DNA from: Clostridiales bacterium UBA7568
GTDB lineage: Bacteria > Bacillota > Clostridia > Oscillospirales > CAG-272
Direction of reading: 5' to 3'
NCBI GenBank assembly: GCA_002479075.1
Contig: DLLG01000004.1
Span: 245,205 to 309,204 of the forward strand
Length of the DNA: 64,000 nucleotides
The notes below the pieces were generated by a model, which was given only the letters and a program-made list of their open reading frames with translations, did not search any database and had not been told where the DNA came from. Both the position numbers and the translations under genes were made by a program. This document shows positions 47,242 through 56,314 of the stretch, piece by piece. Position 1 is the stretch's first letter; the number at the start of each line of letters is the position of its first letter.

Positions 47242-47807
47242 TACTCTGCCGCCTTCGGGGAAAGATAATATATGATGACCCTGCCGTAGCGCGACTGCTT
47301 TGAAAGGGAATAGCGGGAAGCAACATCGTCGTTGTCCATAAGCCCCTCCTGTTCGTCCTCGCAGATGACAATGCTTGTGTCCTTTACGAGAGAGTTGTCA
47401 TAAATCGCTTTGAGTGCAGACGGCAGCAGCCTTTTTGCATAAGGCGGGTCGATGAAAACGATGTCAAAACGGCTCTTTCCGGAAGCGGAAACGGCGTATT
47501 TTTCGTAATCCATACAGAGCACATTGGATTTTTTATATAGCTTGGTTTTCTGGGCGTTTTCCGTTACGAATTTTATCGCTTCGCGGGAGCTGTCAACAAA
47601 GGTGCATTTCTCCGCGCCCCTTGAAAGCGCTTCGAGACCCATCTGCCCGGAGCCTGCGAAAAGGTCGAGCACCTCGCGCCCTTCGATATCAAACTGTATG
47701 GACGAGAACACCGCTTCCTTGACCTTCTCCGTCGTCGGGCGGGTGATCTCCTCTCCCTCCGGAGTTGAAAGGCGAATACCTCTCGCTGTTCCTGTTATAA
47801 TTCTCAT
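47241..47807 (-). CDS. rsmD: 16S rRNA (guanine966-N2)-methyltransferase
   Basis: DLFAGSG and FIDPPY motifs. Confidence 0.9.
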   Translation of the reverse strand: MRIITGTARGIRLSTPEGEEITRPTTEKVKEAVFSSIQFDIEGREVLDLFAGSGQMGLEALSRGAEKCTFVDSSREAIKFVTENAQKTKLYKKSNVLCMDYEKYAVSASGKSRFDIVFIDPPYAKRLLPSALKAIYDNSLVKDTSIVICEDEQEGLMDNDDVASRYSLSKQSRYGRVIIYYLSPKAAE

Positions 47808-47820
47808 ATATTTCTCCTTT

Positions 47821-49644
47821 TTAACCGAAATAATCTTTTATATTCTTTGCAATTTCTTCCGTTATGCCTTTGACGCGGCACAGCTCGGATACTTCGGCTT
47901 TTTTAATTGCCGCGAGTCCGCCGAATTCGCGGAGAAGCGCTTTCGCCTTTGCCGTCCCGACTCCTTTTACGTTTTCAAGGACGGACGTTTTCTCTGTTTT
48001 GCGCTTCCCGCCCATCATCTTCGAAATCGTGAACCGGTGAACTTCTTCCTGAATTTTATATATCAGCGAGTATACCTGCTGCTCGGAAAGTATCTCGATT
48101 TCGCCTCCGTCCTCGCCGACGAGGGCTCTTGTCCTGTGCTTATCGTCCTTGACCATACCGAGGGTCGGAATGTCATAGCCTGCCTGTCGCATAGCCTGCT
48201 TTGCAGAGGAAACGTGCGTCGCGCCGCCGTCGATGAGGAAAAGATCCGGCATAACGGCGCCCTCGTCCGAGAGATGAGCGCATCTCCTGCCGACAGCCTC
48301 CCGCATCGACGCATAGTCATCACGCGCCGTAACGGTTTTCATTTTGAAAATCCGATAGTCGCTCTTTTTCGGCTTGCCATTTTCAAAAACGACCATCCCC
48401 GCCGTTATGTGCTCATCGCCGATGTTTGAAATGTCGAAAGCCTCAATTCTCTCCGGAACAGTTTCAAGCCCCGCAAGGGATGCGAGCCGCGCAAGGGTCT
48501 TGTCCGTTTTCTGCGACGAAAGCAGATATTCGCGGCATTTCTGCGCCGCATTTTCGATTGCCATATCGCAGAGCTTTTTCTTTTCTCCCCTCTGCGGGAC
48601 GGAAACCGTGACCTTCCGCTTCATTTTTTCGGAAAGCCAGCTTTCGCAAAGCTCTCTGTCGCTCTCCGAAAGCTCCCCGCCGACGGTTATCTCCTTCGGA
48701 ATGTACTCCCTGCGGACGTAAAGCTCGCAGATGAACGAGCAGACAGCGGAGGAATCCAGTATCTCCCCGCCGGAGAAATAAAATATTTCGGAATCCGTCA
48801 GCTTGCCGCCGCGGATATAGAAAACGCATATCGCCCCGATGCCTTCTCCGGAATAAGCGGAGATGACATCCCGCTCGGTATCGGGCGAGGCGACAACCTT
48901 CTGCTTTTCGCGTAGCTTTTCGATTGCGCGGATTCTGTCGCGACAGACAGCCGCCGCTTCGTACATTTCGTTTTCTGAGGCGTAGAGCATTTTTTTTGTT
49001 AGCCTGTCTGTGATTTTTTTATAATCGCCCGAGAGAAAATCGACAGCCTCCGAAAAGCTTTCCCTGTATTTTTCGCTCGTTACGTTTTCGTCGCAAGGGG
49101 CGATACATCCGATCTGCTTGTATATGCAATGCCCGACCTTGCCCTTGTCCCTCGGAAACCGGCGCTTGCAGGGAGGCAGACCGAAGGTCTTCTGCATTGC
49201 GTTGATTATTCCGTACACAACTGTTGTCCCGGAGTACGGGCCGAAATAAAGCGCGCGCGGATCCTCTCTTTTTCTTGTGACGGTGAAACGCGGGTATTCA
49301 TCGTGCATATTGACGGAGATATAAGGATACGATTTGTCATCCTTGAGCTTGATATTATATCTCGGCTTATACAGCTTTATCAGGCTGTTTTCAAGCGTCA
49401 GCGCTTCCATTTCCGAATCGCACACGATGTATTCGAAATCGCGGACGAGGGAGGTCATTATATCGGTTTTGACGCTTTTGAAATCAGTTTCGTGAAAGTA
49501 TTGCGAAACACGGTTTTTCAGCTTTTTCGATTTGCCGACATATATCACCTTTCCGCCGTCGCCGCGCATTATATAAACTCCGGGCGAGAGCGGGAGCAGG
49601 GAAGCCTTTTCCCGCAGGCTTTCCGCATATGCGGGATTTACCAT
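47821..49644 (-). CDS. uvrC: excinuclease ABC subunit C
   Basis: GIY-YIG N-terminus (GVYIMRG...VIYVGKSKKLKNRVSQY) and C-terminal HhH. Confidence 0.95.
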   Translation of the reverse strand: MVNPAYAESLREKASLLPLSPGVYIMRGDGGKVIYVGKSKKLKNRVSQYFHETDFKSVKTDIMTSLVRDFEYIVCDSEMEALTLENSLIKLYKPRYNIKLKDDKSYPYISVNMHDEYPRFTVTRKREDPRALYFGPYSGTTVVYGIINAMQKTFGLPPCKRRFPRDKGKVGHCIYKQIGCIAPCDENVTSEKYRESFSEAVDFLSGDYKKITDRLTKKMLYASENEMYEAAAVCRDRIRAIEKLREKQKVVASPDTERDVISAYSGEGIGAICVFYIRGGKLTDSEIFYFSGGEILDSSAVCSFICELYVRREYIPKEITVGGELSESDRELCESWLSEKMKRKVTVSVPQRGEKKKLCDMAIENAAQKCREYLLSSQKTDKTLARLASLAGLETVPERIEAFDISNIGDEHITAGMVVFENGKPKKSDYRIFKMKTVTARDDYASMREAVGRRCAHLSDEGAVMPDLFLIDGGATHVSSAKQAMRQAGYDIPTLGMVKDDKHRTRALVGEDGGEIEILSEQQVYSLIYKIQEEVHRFTISKMMGGKRKTEKTSVLENVKGVGTAKAKALLREFGGLAAIKKAEVSELCRVKGITEEIAKNIKDYFG

Positions 49645-49662
49645 ATATGAGACCTCCTTTCA

Positions 49663-49696
49663 AGAAAAAAACGGCAGTTGCAAAGCATCTGCCGCA
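49663..49696 (-). terminator. rho-independent terminator after ptsH
   Basis: Minus strand stem CGGCAG...CTGCCG followed by TTTTTTT. Confidence 0.65.
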
Positions 49697-49715
49697 GTCC
49701 TTTTTAACTTTCCGA

Positions 49716-49973
49716 TCAGAGAGAATTGCTGACCAACTCTTCCAGACCGTTAAGTGCCTCGGCTTCATCCGGGCCGTCGGCGATCAGAGTGATGGTCATT
49801 CCGCCCGTAATGCCCATAGAGAGCACGCCGAGAAGACTTTTTGCGCTTATGCGACGGTCATCCTTCTGGATCCAAATAGAGCTGGCATAAGAATTTGCTT
49901 TCTGAATGAAAAACGTTGCGGGTCTTGCGTGAAGCCCTACGTTATTTTTAATTGTAACCTCTCTTGAAATCAT
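49716..49973 (-). CDS. ptsH: phosphocarrier protein HPr
   Basis: His15 context GLHARPA. Ser46 context SAKSLLGVLSMG. Confidence 0.93.
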   Translation of the reverse strand: MISREVTIKNNVGLHARPATFFIQKANSYASSIWIQKDDRRISAKSLLGVLSMGITGGMTITLIADGPDEAEALNGLEELVSNSL

Positions 49974-50047
49974 ACCTTATGCTCCTTTGACGGAATTTAA
50001 ACACGCTTTTTATCAAAATAGCGTGTAAATTACTTTTGTTATACTAT

Positions 50048-50076
50048 ATTATAACAAATGCTTAAAATAAAATCAA
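50048..50076 (-). promoter_or_regulatory. ptsH promoter
   Basis: Minus strand reads TTGATT, 17-nt spacer, TATAAT. The -10 lies inside the 8+8 palindrome TTGTTATA-N6-TATAACAA (50036-50057). Confidence 0.55.
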
Positions 50077-50096
50077 TAGTTTTTTAATATTTTTTG

Positions 50097-50591
50097 TCAT
50101 TTTGCGTTTGGCGAACCGATCTGCGTCAGCGTCATAGCGAATTCAACGTTCGTCGAATAAACATAAATAACGTCGTTTACCGTCGCAAGCTCGCTTCCGC
50201 CGATATAAAATCCGTTCTCTCCAGTCTTTCCGTACAGAACGGCGACTCCTGTCACGTTCATCAGAAACGGATCGTCAACTCTTTCAAGCTCGCCAGCGCC
50301 ATTCTCTGCATAGACTTTTGATCTTTCCTTTGCGACGCTCTGAATGTAGCCGATAACGTTGTCTCCGTCTGTCAGATAGAGAACCGAACCGGATTTGAGC
50401 GTTTCAAGCATCGTGTCCGCCGTCGTTTCCATTATGCTCGGAACGATGAAGCGAACCCGGACCTGTTCCTCGAGAGACCTGTTTGAATTGAAATAATATC
50501 TCAGAACGAGCGCAACGATGCAAGCGACGATCAAAAGAATCAGAAGCGCGTCAAAAATGTTGAAGCGTGATTTTGAATCCTGTTTTGCCAT
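50097..50591 (-). CDS. DUF4330-like single-pass membrane protein
   Basis: Start at ATG 50591 behind AAGGGGG. N-terminal RFNIFDALLILLIVACIVALV anchor. Confidence 0.7.
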   Translation of the reverse strand: MAKQDSKSRFNIFDALLILLIVACIVALVLRYYFNSNRSLEEQVRVRFIVPSIMETTADTMLETLKSGSVLYLTDGDNVIGYIQSVAKERSKVYAENGAGELERVDDPFLMNVTGVAVLYGKTGENGFYIGGSELATVNDVIYVYSTNVEFAMTLTQIGSPNAK

Positions 50592-50605
50592 AGTTGTTTC
50601 CCCCT

Positions 50606-51106
50606 TTATTCGATCGAAAATGCGGTGCAGAAGGAAGCTGCCGCAAATGTTCCGCATCTGAAATATATCTTTGACCCGACGAGGACTTTGTTTTTATTAA
50701 CGTATGCTATACCGCGGCTGTCCACATCGGCTTTGACGGTCATAGTAACGAACACATCATAAAGATTGTCATATTCGGAATAAGAGATGTATCTGTTTCC
50801 GAGGGTGTCTGCCGTTATTTTGCTGCCGACGTGCTTTGATTTCTCGGAGGTAACGTCTGTTATCGTCCCGATGAGAGCGCCGGTTGAAGAGTCTGTAACA
50901 GTTTCTCCTTTTTTGATCAGCGGGAGATAATCCTTGTTTACACCGGACAGCTTGACTGTGTACGTTACGACCTTTTCGCTCGACGCCGCAACCTTTTTGT
51001 CCGAAACGGACATATAAACGACAACGGCGATTATTGCGAGCACCATAACGATTATCAGCACATCGACAAAGTTGAAGCGACCTTTTGTCCTTTCCTTGTT
51101 TTCCAT
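50606..51106 (-). CDS. DUF4330-like single-pass membrane protein (tandem paralogue)
   Basis: Start at ATG 51106 chosen by alignment with the paralogue (MENKERTKGRFNFVDVLIIV versus MAKQDSKSRFNIFDALLIL). The ORF extends to 51151. Confidence 0.65.
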   Translation of the reverse strand: MENKERTKGRFNFVDVLIIVMVLAIIAVVVYMSVSDKKVAASSEKVVTYTVKLSGVNKDYLPLIKKGETVTDSSTGALIGTITDVTSEKSKHVGSKITADTLGNRYISYSEYDNLYDVFVTMTVKADVDSRGIAYVNKNKVLVGSKIYFRCGTFAAASFCTAFSIE

Positions 51107-51178
51107 AATGACCAACTCTTTCCCGACGGAATTTTGATTTTTCGCGCTCATCCGTCGTATGAGGCGCAGCCGATATTT

Positions 51179-53104
51179 TCAGCAGAGATATTCTCCGGAA
51201 GATTCCTCAACGGCATTCTTTGACATAATCACGGCACTGACCGACAGCCCGACAACTATCCAGAACATAAGGAAAATGCGATAATTATACCAGACATAAT
51301 CCGTCATTCCCTGAACGAGGAACGCAATAAGTCCGCAGAAAATGCCGATCTCGATGAGCTTGCTGCTCTTCGAATCCGGAGAAGCTATATGAGAAATGTT
51401 TATCTGAGCGAGGAGAAACAGGAATATAAAGAAGACAACGGCACCCGATATTCCGAGCTCGGTTATGATCTGGAGATAAAGGCTGTGGCTGTGCGGCGCG
51501 GTCTCGATACCTCTCAAGGCGTACGAGGGATATACAGCCGCAAACGCGCCTTCTCCTATGCCGATGCCGTAAGGGAAGACCTTGCCTAGCATTTTAAGAA
51601 CGCCCTTCCATATACCGATTCTGTATGACGAGGAGGTGTCGGAATGGGTAAAGATGCTTGTTATCCTGTTCATTACGCTACCGCTCAGCGAAAGCGCAAC
51701 TGCAGCGGGCGGGATAAGAAGGATGCCCGCCGTAAAGCAGCGTTTGTCCGCAAGAAGCAGGAAAACGACGGTCGATACGGCAAAGCCGAGCCAAGCCCCG
51801 CGTGACCAGGTAAGGACGAGGCAGAAAATATCAAAAGCCGCACCGCAGGCAAAGGCAAATCTCTCTTTTAAGCTCTTGGACGTTATCGCAAGGGCGACGG
51901 TTATCGGTATAATCAGAATCAGGTATTCTCCAAGGACATTCGGATTTGCAAATGTTGAGACAACTCTCCCCTTTATCTCGCCGAAGTCGGACATATCCTG
52001 CCAGATTACTGACGGTGTTCCGACAAAGTTTTCAAGGATTCCGTAAAGGGAGACGAGCGCTCCGGAAAATGCCGTTGCGGAGAGACATTTTTTCAGCAAC
52101 GCCGGCGAACGTATCAGATTTTTGACTATAAAATATGCTGCTATGAAGCATATCATAAGGAGCATTTTTTTAAGGCTCGTGCTCGATCTCGTAAAGATTC
52201 CGCCGAAGAGCGTCAATATCGCAAAGACGAATATCGGGAGATCGATGAGAGAGAGCTTGAAAACACGCTTGCCGCAGAGGAACTTCATAACAGAAGAAAA
52301 CAGCACGAGACAGACAAGCCCCGCCAAAACCATAGTCGGAAGGAACGGGAGAGTCAGGCAGATGCCGATGACCCCCGCTTCCGGAGAGACGACAACAGCG
52401 TGAATAGCAATTATCGAAGCTATTCCGAAAACGACATACTCCGCCGGAGCGAATATCGATATTGTTCCGCAAGCCATACCGATGAGAAATCCCGCGCTTA
52501 TTCCCGTGGTTACGGGGCAGGAGGCGGCGTAGTCAAGCGATACGGAGCGAAGATTGAGAACGTCAAAAAGGATGAAGCGGAGTATAGCCGAGCCGGATAT
52601 TGCCTGCGCCATACTTTTCTTTGACATAAAAAGCACGATTGAGAGCACAAAAAATCCGACTCCGACGATAAGAGACGCTATTGAAACGTCCAGCGAGAAC
52701 GAATATTTTTTGAGAAGAAACGTTGCGACAACGTAAAGTCCGAAGGAAAAAGCAAAGACACCGTATGATGAAAGGGACATTGTCAGCAGGGCGGAGGACA
52801 GCTTTCCGATCGATGAGATTATCAGGCTGTTTTCGAGAGACGAAGCGACCTTATGCTTGACCTTCCGAAAACCCTCGCTTTCCGAAGAGCCGAGCGAACG
52901 GACGATACCTCCCGCAAAGGAGCTTCGGGCGCAATCATCGGCTTTGTCATAAGAGAGGAGGAGCTTTGCCGCGAAGCTGTTTGCGGCGGCTTTATAGAGA
53001 AAGTCGGCAAAACGCATAAGCGCGGAAATTATAACGCCCCTGCGGAACAGCTTTCCGAGTCTTTTGCCGAAAGGCGCTTTTTTTGAATTTTTAGCCAAAC
53101 TCAC
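51179..53104 (-). CDS. O-antigen ligase/polymerase-like (Wzy_C) integral membrane protein, 641 aa
   Basis: Many TM helices. Wzy_C-like LTWSRGAWLGF...PHSHSLYLQIITELG. GTG 53104 overlaps the murJ stop. TTG 53098 is an alternative with better SD spacing. Confidence 0.75.
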   Translation of the reverse strand: MSLAKNSKKAPFGKRLGKLFRRGVIISALMRFADFLYKAAANSFAAKLLLSYDKADDCARSSFAGGIVRSLGSSESEGFRKVKHKVASSLENSLIISSIGKLSSALLTMSLSSYGVFAFSFGLYVVATFLLKKYSFSLDVSIASLIVGVGFFVLSIVLFMSKKSMAQAISGSAILRFILFDVLNLRSVSLDYAASCPVTTGISAGFLIGMACGTISIFAPAEYVVFGIASIIAIHAVVVSPEAGVIGICLTLPFLPTMVLAGLVCLVLFSSVMKFLCGKRVFKLSLIDLPIFVFAILTLFGGIFTRSSTSLKKMLLMICFIAAYFIVKNLIRSPALLKKCLSATAFSGALVSLYGILENFVGTPSVIWQDMSDFGEIKGRVVSTFANPNVLGEYLILIIPITVALAITSKSLKERFAFACGAAFDIFCLVLTWSRGAWLGFAVSTVVFLLLADKRCFTAGILLIPPAAVALSLSGSVMNRITSIFTHSDTSSSYRIGIWKGVLKMLGKVFPYGIGIGEGAFAAVYPSYALRGIETAPHSHSLYLQIITELGISGAVVFFIFLFLLAQINISHIASPDSKSSKLIEIGIFCGLIAFLVQGMTDYVWYNYRIFLMFWIVVGLSVSAVIMSKNAVEESSGEYLC

Positions 53105-54645
53105 ACCTCCTTTTTTCCTTTAAGTTCAATCCTGTGCAAAATACTTACACATACTAAATATACCATACATTCTCCCGAAAAGACAATAGCGCAGACGAGA
53201 AAATTTTTAAAAATTGAAAGATTTACCGCATTTTTTTCAAAAATCCCGCGCAAAAACAGCGCAAAACCGAAGCCGAGCCCCCCGCAGGCGGTTGTCTTTG
53301 CAAAACCGAGGAGAATCCTGCCGCACAAAAATCCTTTTATCTTTACTGCCGCAAATACGAAAAGGACAACGGCTGACGAGACGTAAGCCGCCCCGCAGGA
53401 GAGTGCAACGGCGGAAATTCCGGAATCGAAAACAAAAAGAGAAACCGCTCCGCAGACAGCAAAAACAATTATGCCGACCGTCGATGCGAGCATCGTCGGC
53501 ACAGCCTTTTTGCGGGCAAAAAAGCCTCTTGAAAGGACCTCATAAATACAGAAAAACGGCACCGCCGGCGAAAGAAGGCGAAGTATCTTTCCGCATACAA
53601 GCGCAAGCTCTTCTCCGAAGCTGCCTCGCATATAAAGCATACAGATTATGTTGTCCGAGAGGAGATAAAGTCCGCAAGCGACTGGGAGCGAGAGCATAAA
53701 TGCAGCGGTCACAGCCTTTGCCAGATATTCCGAAAACGTTTTTTCGTCTCCCTCCGAGCACATTCTCGAAAGAGAGGGGAAGATGAAGTTGCAGACGCCG
53801 TATGTCAATATGCCGGATGCCATCAGCCAGACGGCGAGGGAATAATCAAAGGCGGCAACGGCAGAATCCGATATAAATGAGGCAAAAAACGTCAGCAAAA
53901 GGGAACAGGCGGGCAGAAGCCAAGCCCCCGCCATAACGGACGGAGCCATTTTCAGCGCCGCCGGAACTCCGCTTCCGCCCAAGCGCAGGGTCAGACGGGG
54001 AAGTCGTTTTTTCAGCGCAAGCGGCACAGCGAGCGTCAGAAATTGCAGAAGCCAGGAGAAAACATATATTGCGGAAAGGGCGAGCATTGAGCTTTCGCTC
54101 TCCGCATTTTTCGCAACTGCGAGGTATATTATGATTGCAATATTTGATACAGAGCTGACAAGGGCGGGAAGGATAAAGCTTCCGTGCGACTGCAGAATTC
54201 CGACCAGAACGTACGCCGCCGCCGTAAATATCATCATCGGGAACATAACCGAGAGCAGCTTTGCGCCGAGAGCGGCCGCTTCCGGACTCAGGCTCGGAGC
54301 AAAGACGGAAAGTATCTGCCCTGAAAACACCGAGCCGATTACCGCGACGGTCGCCGAGACGATAAGCACGAGCGTAAAAAAAGACGACGAAAAAGCCCGT
54401 GCCGATCGTTCCCCTTCGGACAGCTTTTCGCTGTAAAAGGGGACGAAGCACGCAACTATCGCCGCCGAAAGCAATATATCGAAAACGGAGAGCGGAATTT
54501 TGGACGCCGCCGAAAATGCCACGGCGAAAATACTGTCGCCGAGTTTTTCGGCAAGCATCATCTGCCGGAGCATTCCGAGCAATTTTGAAACTACCGTTGC
54601 ACATATCATAATGCCGACGGTAAATGCGGCTCCCCTCTTTTTCAT
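53101..54645 (-). CDS. murJ: lipid II flippase MurJ/MviN
   Basis: The N-terminus VVSKLLGMLRQMMLAEKLG is typical of MurJ. About 14 TM helices. Confidence 0.88.
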   Translation of the reverse strand: MKKRGAAFTVGIMICATVVSKLLGMLRQMMLAEKLGDSIFAVAFSAASKIPLSVFDILLSAAIVACFVPFYSEKLSEGERSARAFSSSFFTLVLIVSATVAVIGSVFSGQILSVFAPSLSPEAAALGAKLLSVMFPMMIFTAAAYVLVGILQSHGSFILPALVSSVSNIAIIIYLAVAKNAESESSMLALSAIYVFSWLLQFLTLAVPLALKKRLPRLTLRLGGSGVPAALKMAPSVMAGAWLLPACSLLLTFFASFISDSAVAAFDYSLAVWLMASGILTYGVCNFIFPSLSRMCSEGDEKTFSEYLAKAVTAAFMLSLPVACGLYLLSDNIICMLYMRGSFGEELALVCGKILRLLSPAVPFFCIYEVLSRGFFARKKAVPTMLASTVGIIVFAVCGAVSLFVFDSGISAVALSCGAAYVSSAVVLFVFAAVKIKGFLCGRILLGFAKTTACGGLGFGFALFLRGIFEKNAVNLSIFKNFLVCAIVFSGECMVYLVCVSILHRIELKGKKEV

Positions 54646-54656
54646 TTTATTCCTCT

Positions 54657-55361
54657 TTATTGTTTATTTTCGCCGCCGAGAAGGTCGGGGCGTTTTTCTT
54701 TTGTGCGCTCAAGCGATTTTTCTCTCCGCCAGGCTTCGATGTTCGCGTGATGACCGCTCAAAAGCACGTCCGGAACGAGCCTGCCGCGGAAGTCCTGCGG
54801 GCGGGTATATTGCGGATATTCGAGGGTTCCTTCCGAAAGGCTTTCCTCCTCATAACATTCCGGAGCGGCGAGCACGCCGTCTATCATACGACTCACGCAG
54901 TCTGTGAGGATGCAGGCAGGAAGCTCCCCTCCTGTCAGAACGTAGTCTCCGATTGATATTTCTTCATCGACTATCTCTTCGATGATCCGTTCGTCTACTC
55001 CTTCGTAATGCCCGCACAGAATGACGAGGTTGTCATAATTTTCCGCAAGCTCTTTTGCGCGCGCCTGCGTCAGCACTTTGCCTTGAGGAGACATATATAT
55101 GACCCTTCTGCGGGTGCAGGAGTTGACCTCGGGAGATGTTATCGCGGAGAAGCAATCGTATATCGGAACGGCGGACATAACCATTCCTTTTCCGCCCCCG
55201 TAAGGCGTATCATCGACCCGACGATGCTTATCCTTTGAGTAATCCCTGATATTATGCACATTTATCTCTATTATACCCGCTTTTTCGGCTCTGCCGACAA
55301 TACTTTCCGAAAGCACTGTTTTCACAAGCCCGTCAAAGAGGGTCATTATATCAAATCTCAC
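54657..55361 (-). CDS. trmD: tRNA (guanine37-N1)-methyltransferase
   Basis: GTG 55361 (AAGGGG 8 nt upstream) gives the canonical N-terminus (V/M)RFDIMTLF. The ORF track starts at TTG 55379. Confidence 0.92.
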   Translation of the reverse strand: MRFDIMTLFDGLVKTVLSESIVGRAEKAGIIEINVHNIRDYSKDKHRRVDDTPYGGGKGMVMSAVPIYDCFSAITSPEVNSCTRRRVIYMSPQGKVLTQARAKELAENYDNLVILCGHYEGVDERIIEEIVDEEISIGDYVLTGGELPACILTDCVSRMIDGVLAAPECYEEESLSEGTLEYPQYTRPQDFRGRLVPDVLLSGHHANIEAWRREKSLERTKEKRPDLLGGENKQ

Positions 55362-55375
55362 GGAAAAAGCCCCTT

Positions 55376-55870
55376 TCAATCAAAAAATCCGTCGATCGGC
55401 GTTATGAATATCCCCTTTTCCGTATCAACGGAGGCGACGTATTCCGGCACGTTCGGCATCAGGACATCCTCTCCCGCCGTCTTTATGACGAAAATATCGT
55501 GCGGGGTGTACTGCATAACGTCTTTCAGGGTTCCGTAAGTTCTGCCGTTGTTTTTATCGATGACGGGAAGCCCGATCATATCGCAGATGAAGACCCGTCC
55601 CTCTTTTACGGGAATATCCTCTCTTTTTGCAGAGATTATTTTGTTTTTGAGACGCACGGCGTCCTCGACTGCCGCTATTCCCTCAAATTTTATAAGAGGG
55701 AAGGCGCCTCCCGTGCGGACGCTGAGCGCGGTGTATTCCGTCTCGCCTATATAGAAATGCTTTATTTTCTTCAGCACGTCCGCCGAGTCGCACCAGGGCT
55801 CAACCTTTATTTCTCCCGAGATGCCGTGTGTATTGATTATTTTTCCGACTTCAAGAAATTCCTTTTTCAT
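55376..55870 (-). CDS. rimM: 16S rRNA processing protein RimM
   Basis: Start at ATG 55870. VGKIINTHGISGEIKV and a PRC barrel. Confidence 0.9.
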   Translation of the reverse strand: MKKEFLEVGKIINTHGISGEIKVEPWCDSADVLKKIKHFYIGETEYTALSVRTGGAFPLIKFEGIAAVEDAVRLKNKIISAKREDIPVKEGRVFICDMIGLPVIDKNNGRTYGTLKDVMQYTPHDIFVIKTAGEDVLMPNVPEYVASVDTEKGIFITPIDGFFD

Positions 55871-55950
55871 TTTGCTTCCTTTTCCGAAATGTATTATGAA
55901 AAATTGCCTCGGCAAGCTATGCGCTTTCCGGGGCAATCTGAATTTGCTTT

Positions 55951-56130
55951 TCAGCTCTTGAATTTGCGTTTTCTTGCAGCTTCCGATTTCTTCTTGCGCT
56001 TAACGCTCGGTTTTTCGTAGTGCTCTTTTTTCTTGACCTCGGCGATCTTACCGTCGCGGGCAACCTGTCTCTTGAATCTGCGAAGAGCGCTGTCAAGCGA
56101 TTCATTTTCTTTGACTCTGACTTCTGCCAT
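55951..56130 (-). CDS. rpsU: 30S ribosomal protein S21
   Basis: Start at ATG 56130 behind [30 protein letters not shown]. Confidence 0.93.
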   Translation of the reverse strand: MAEVRVKENESLDSALRRFKRQVARDGKIAEVKKKEHYEKPSVKRKKKSEAARKRKFKS

Positions 56131-56191
56131 AATTTGTTTCCCTCCCCTCGCAGCACAGAAATTATCAAGGCATAAAAATACCTTACACGTT

Positions 56192-56220
56192 ATTATACAC
56201 CCGCTTTTTTCCTGTGTCAA
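56192..56220 (-). promoter_or_regulatory. consensus sigma-A promoter for rpsU
   Basis: Minus strand reads TTGACA, 17-nt spacer, TATAAT. Confidence 0.7.
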
Positions 56221-56314
56221 GAGATAATCGCAAAAAAATCAATAACGGGATAAAATCCTTCGGCATAAAATAAACCGAAAAGAAAAAATTACTTGAGCAA
56301 AAGGAGAAAATTCA

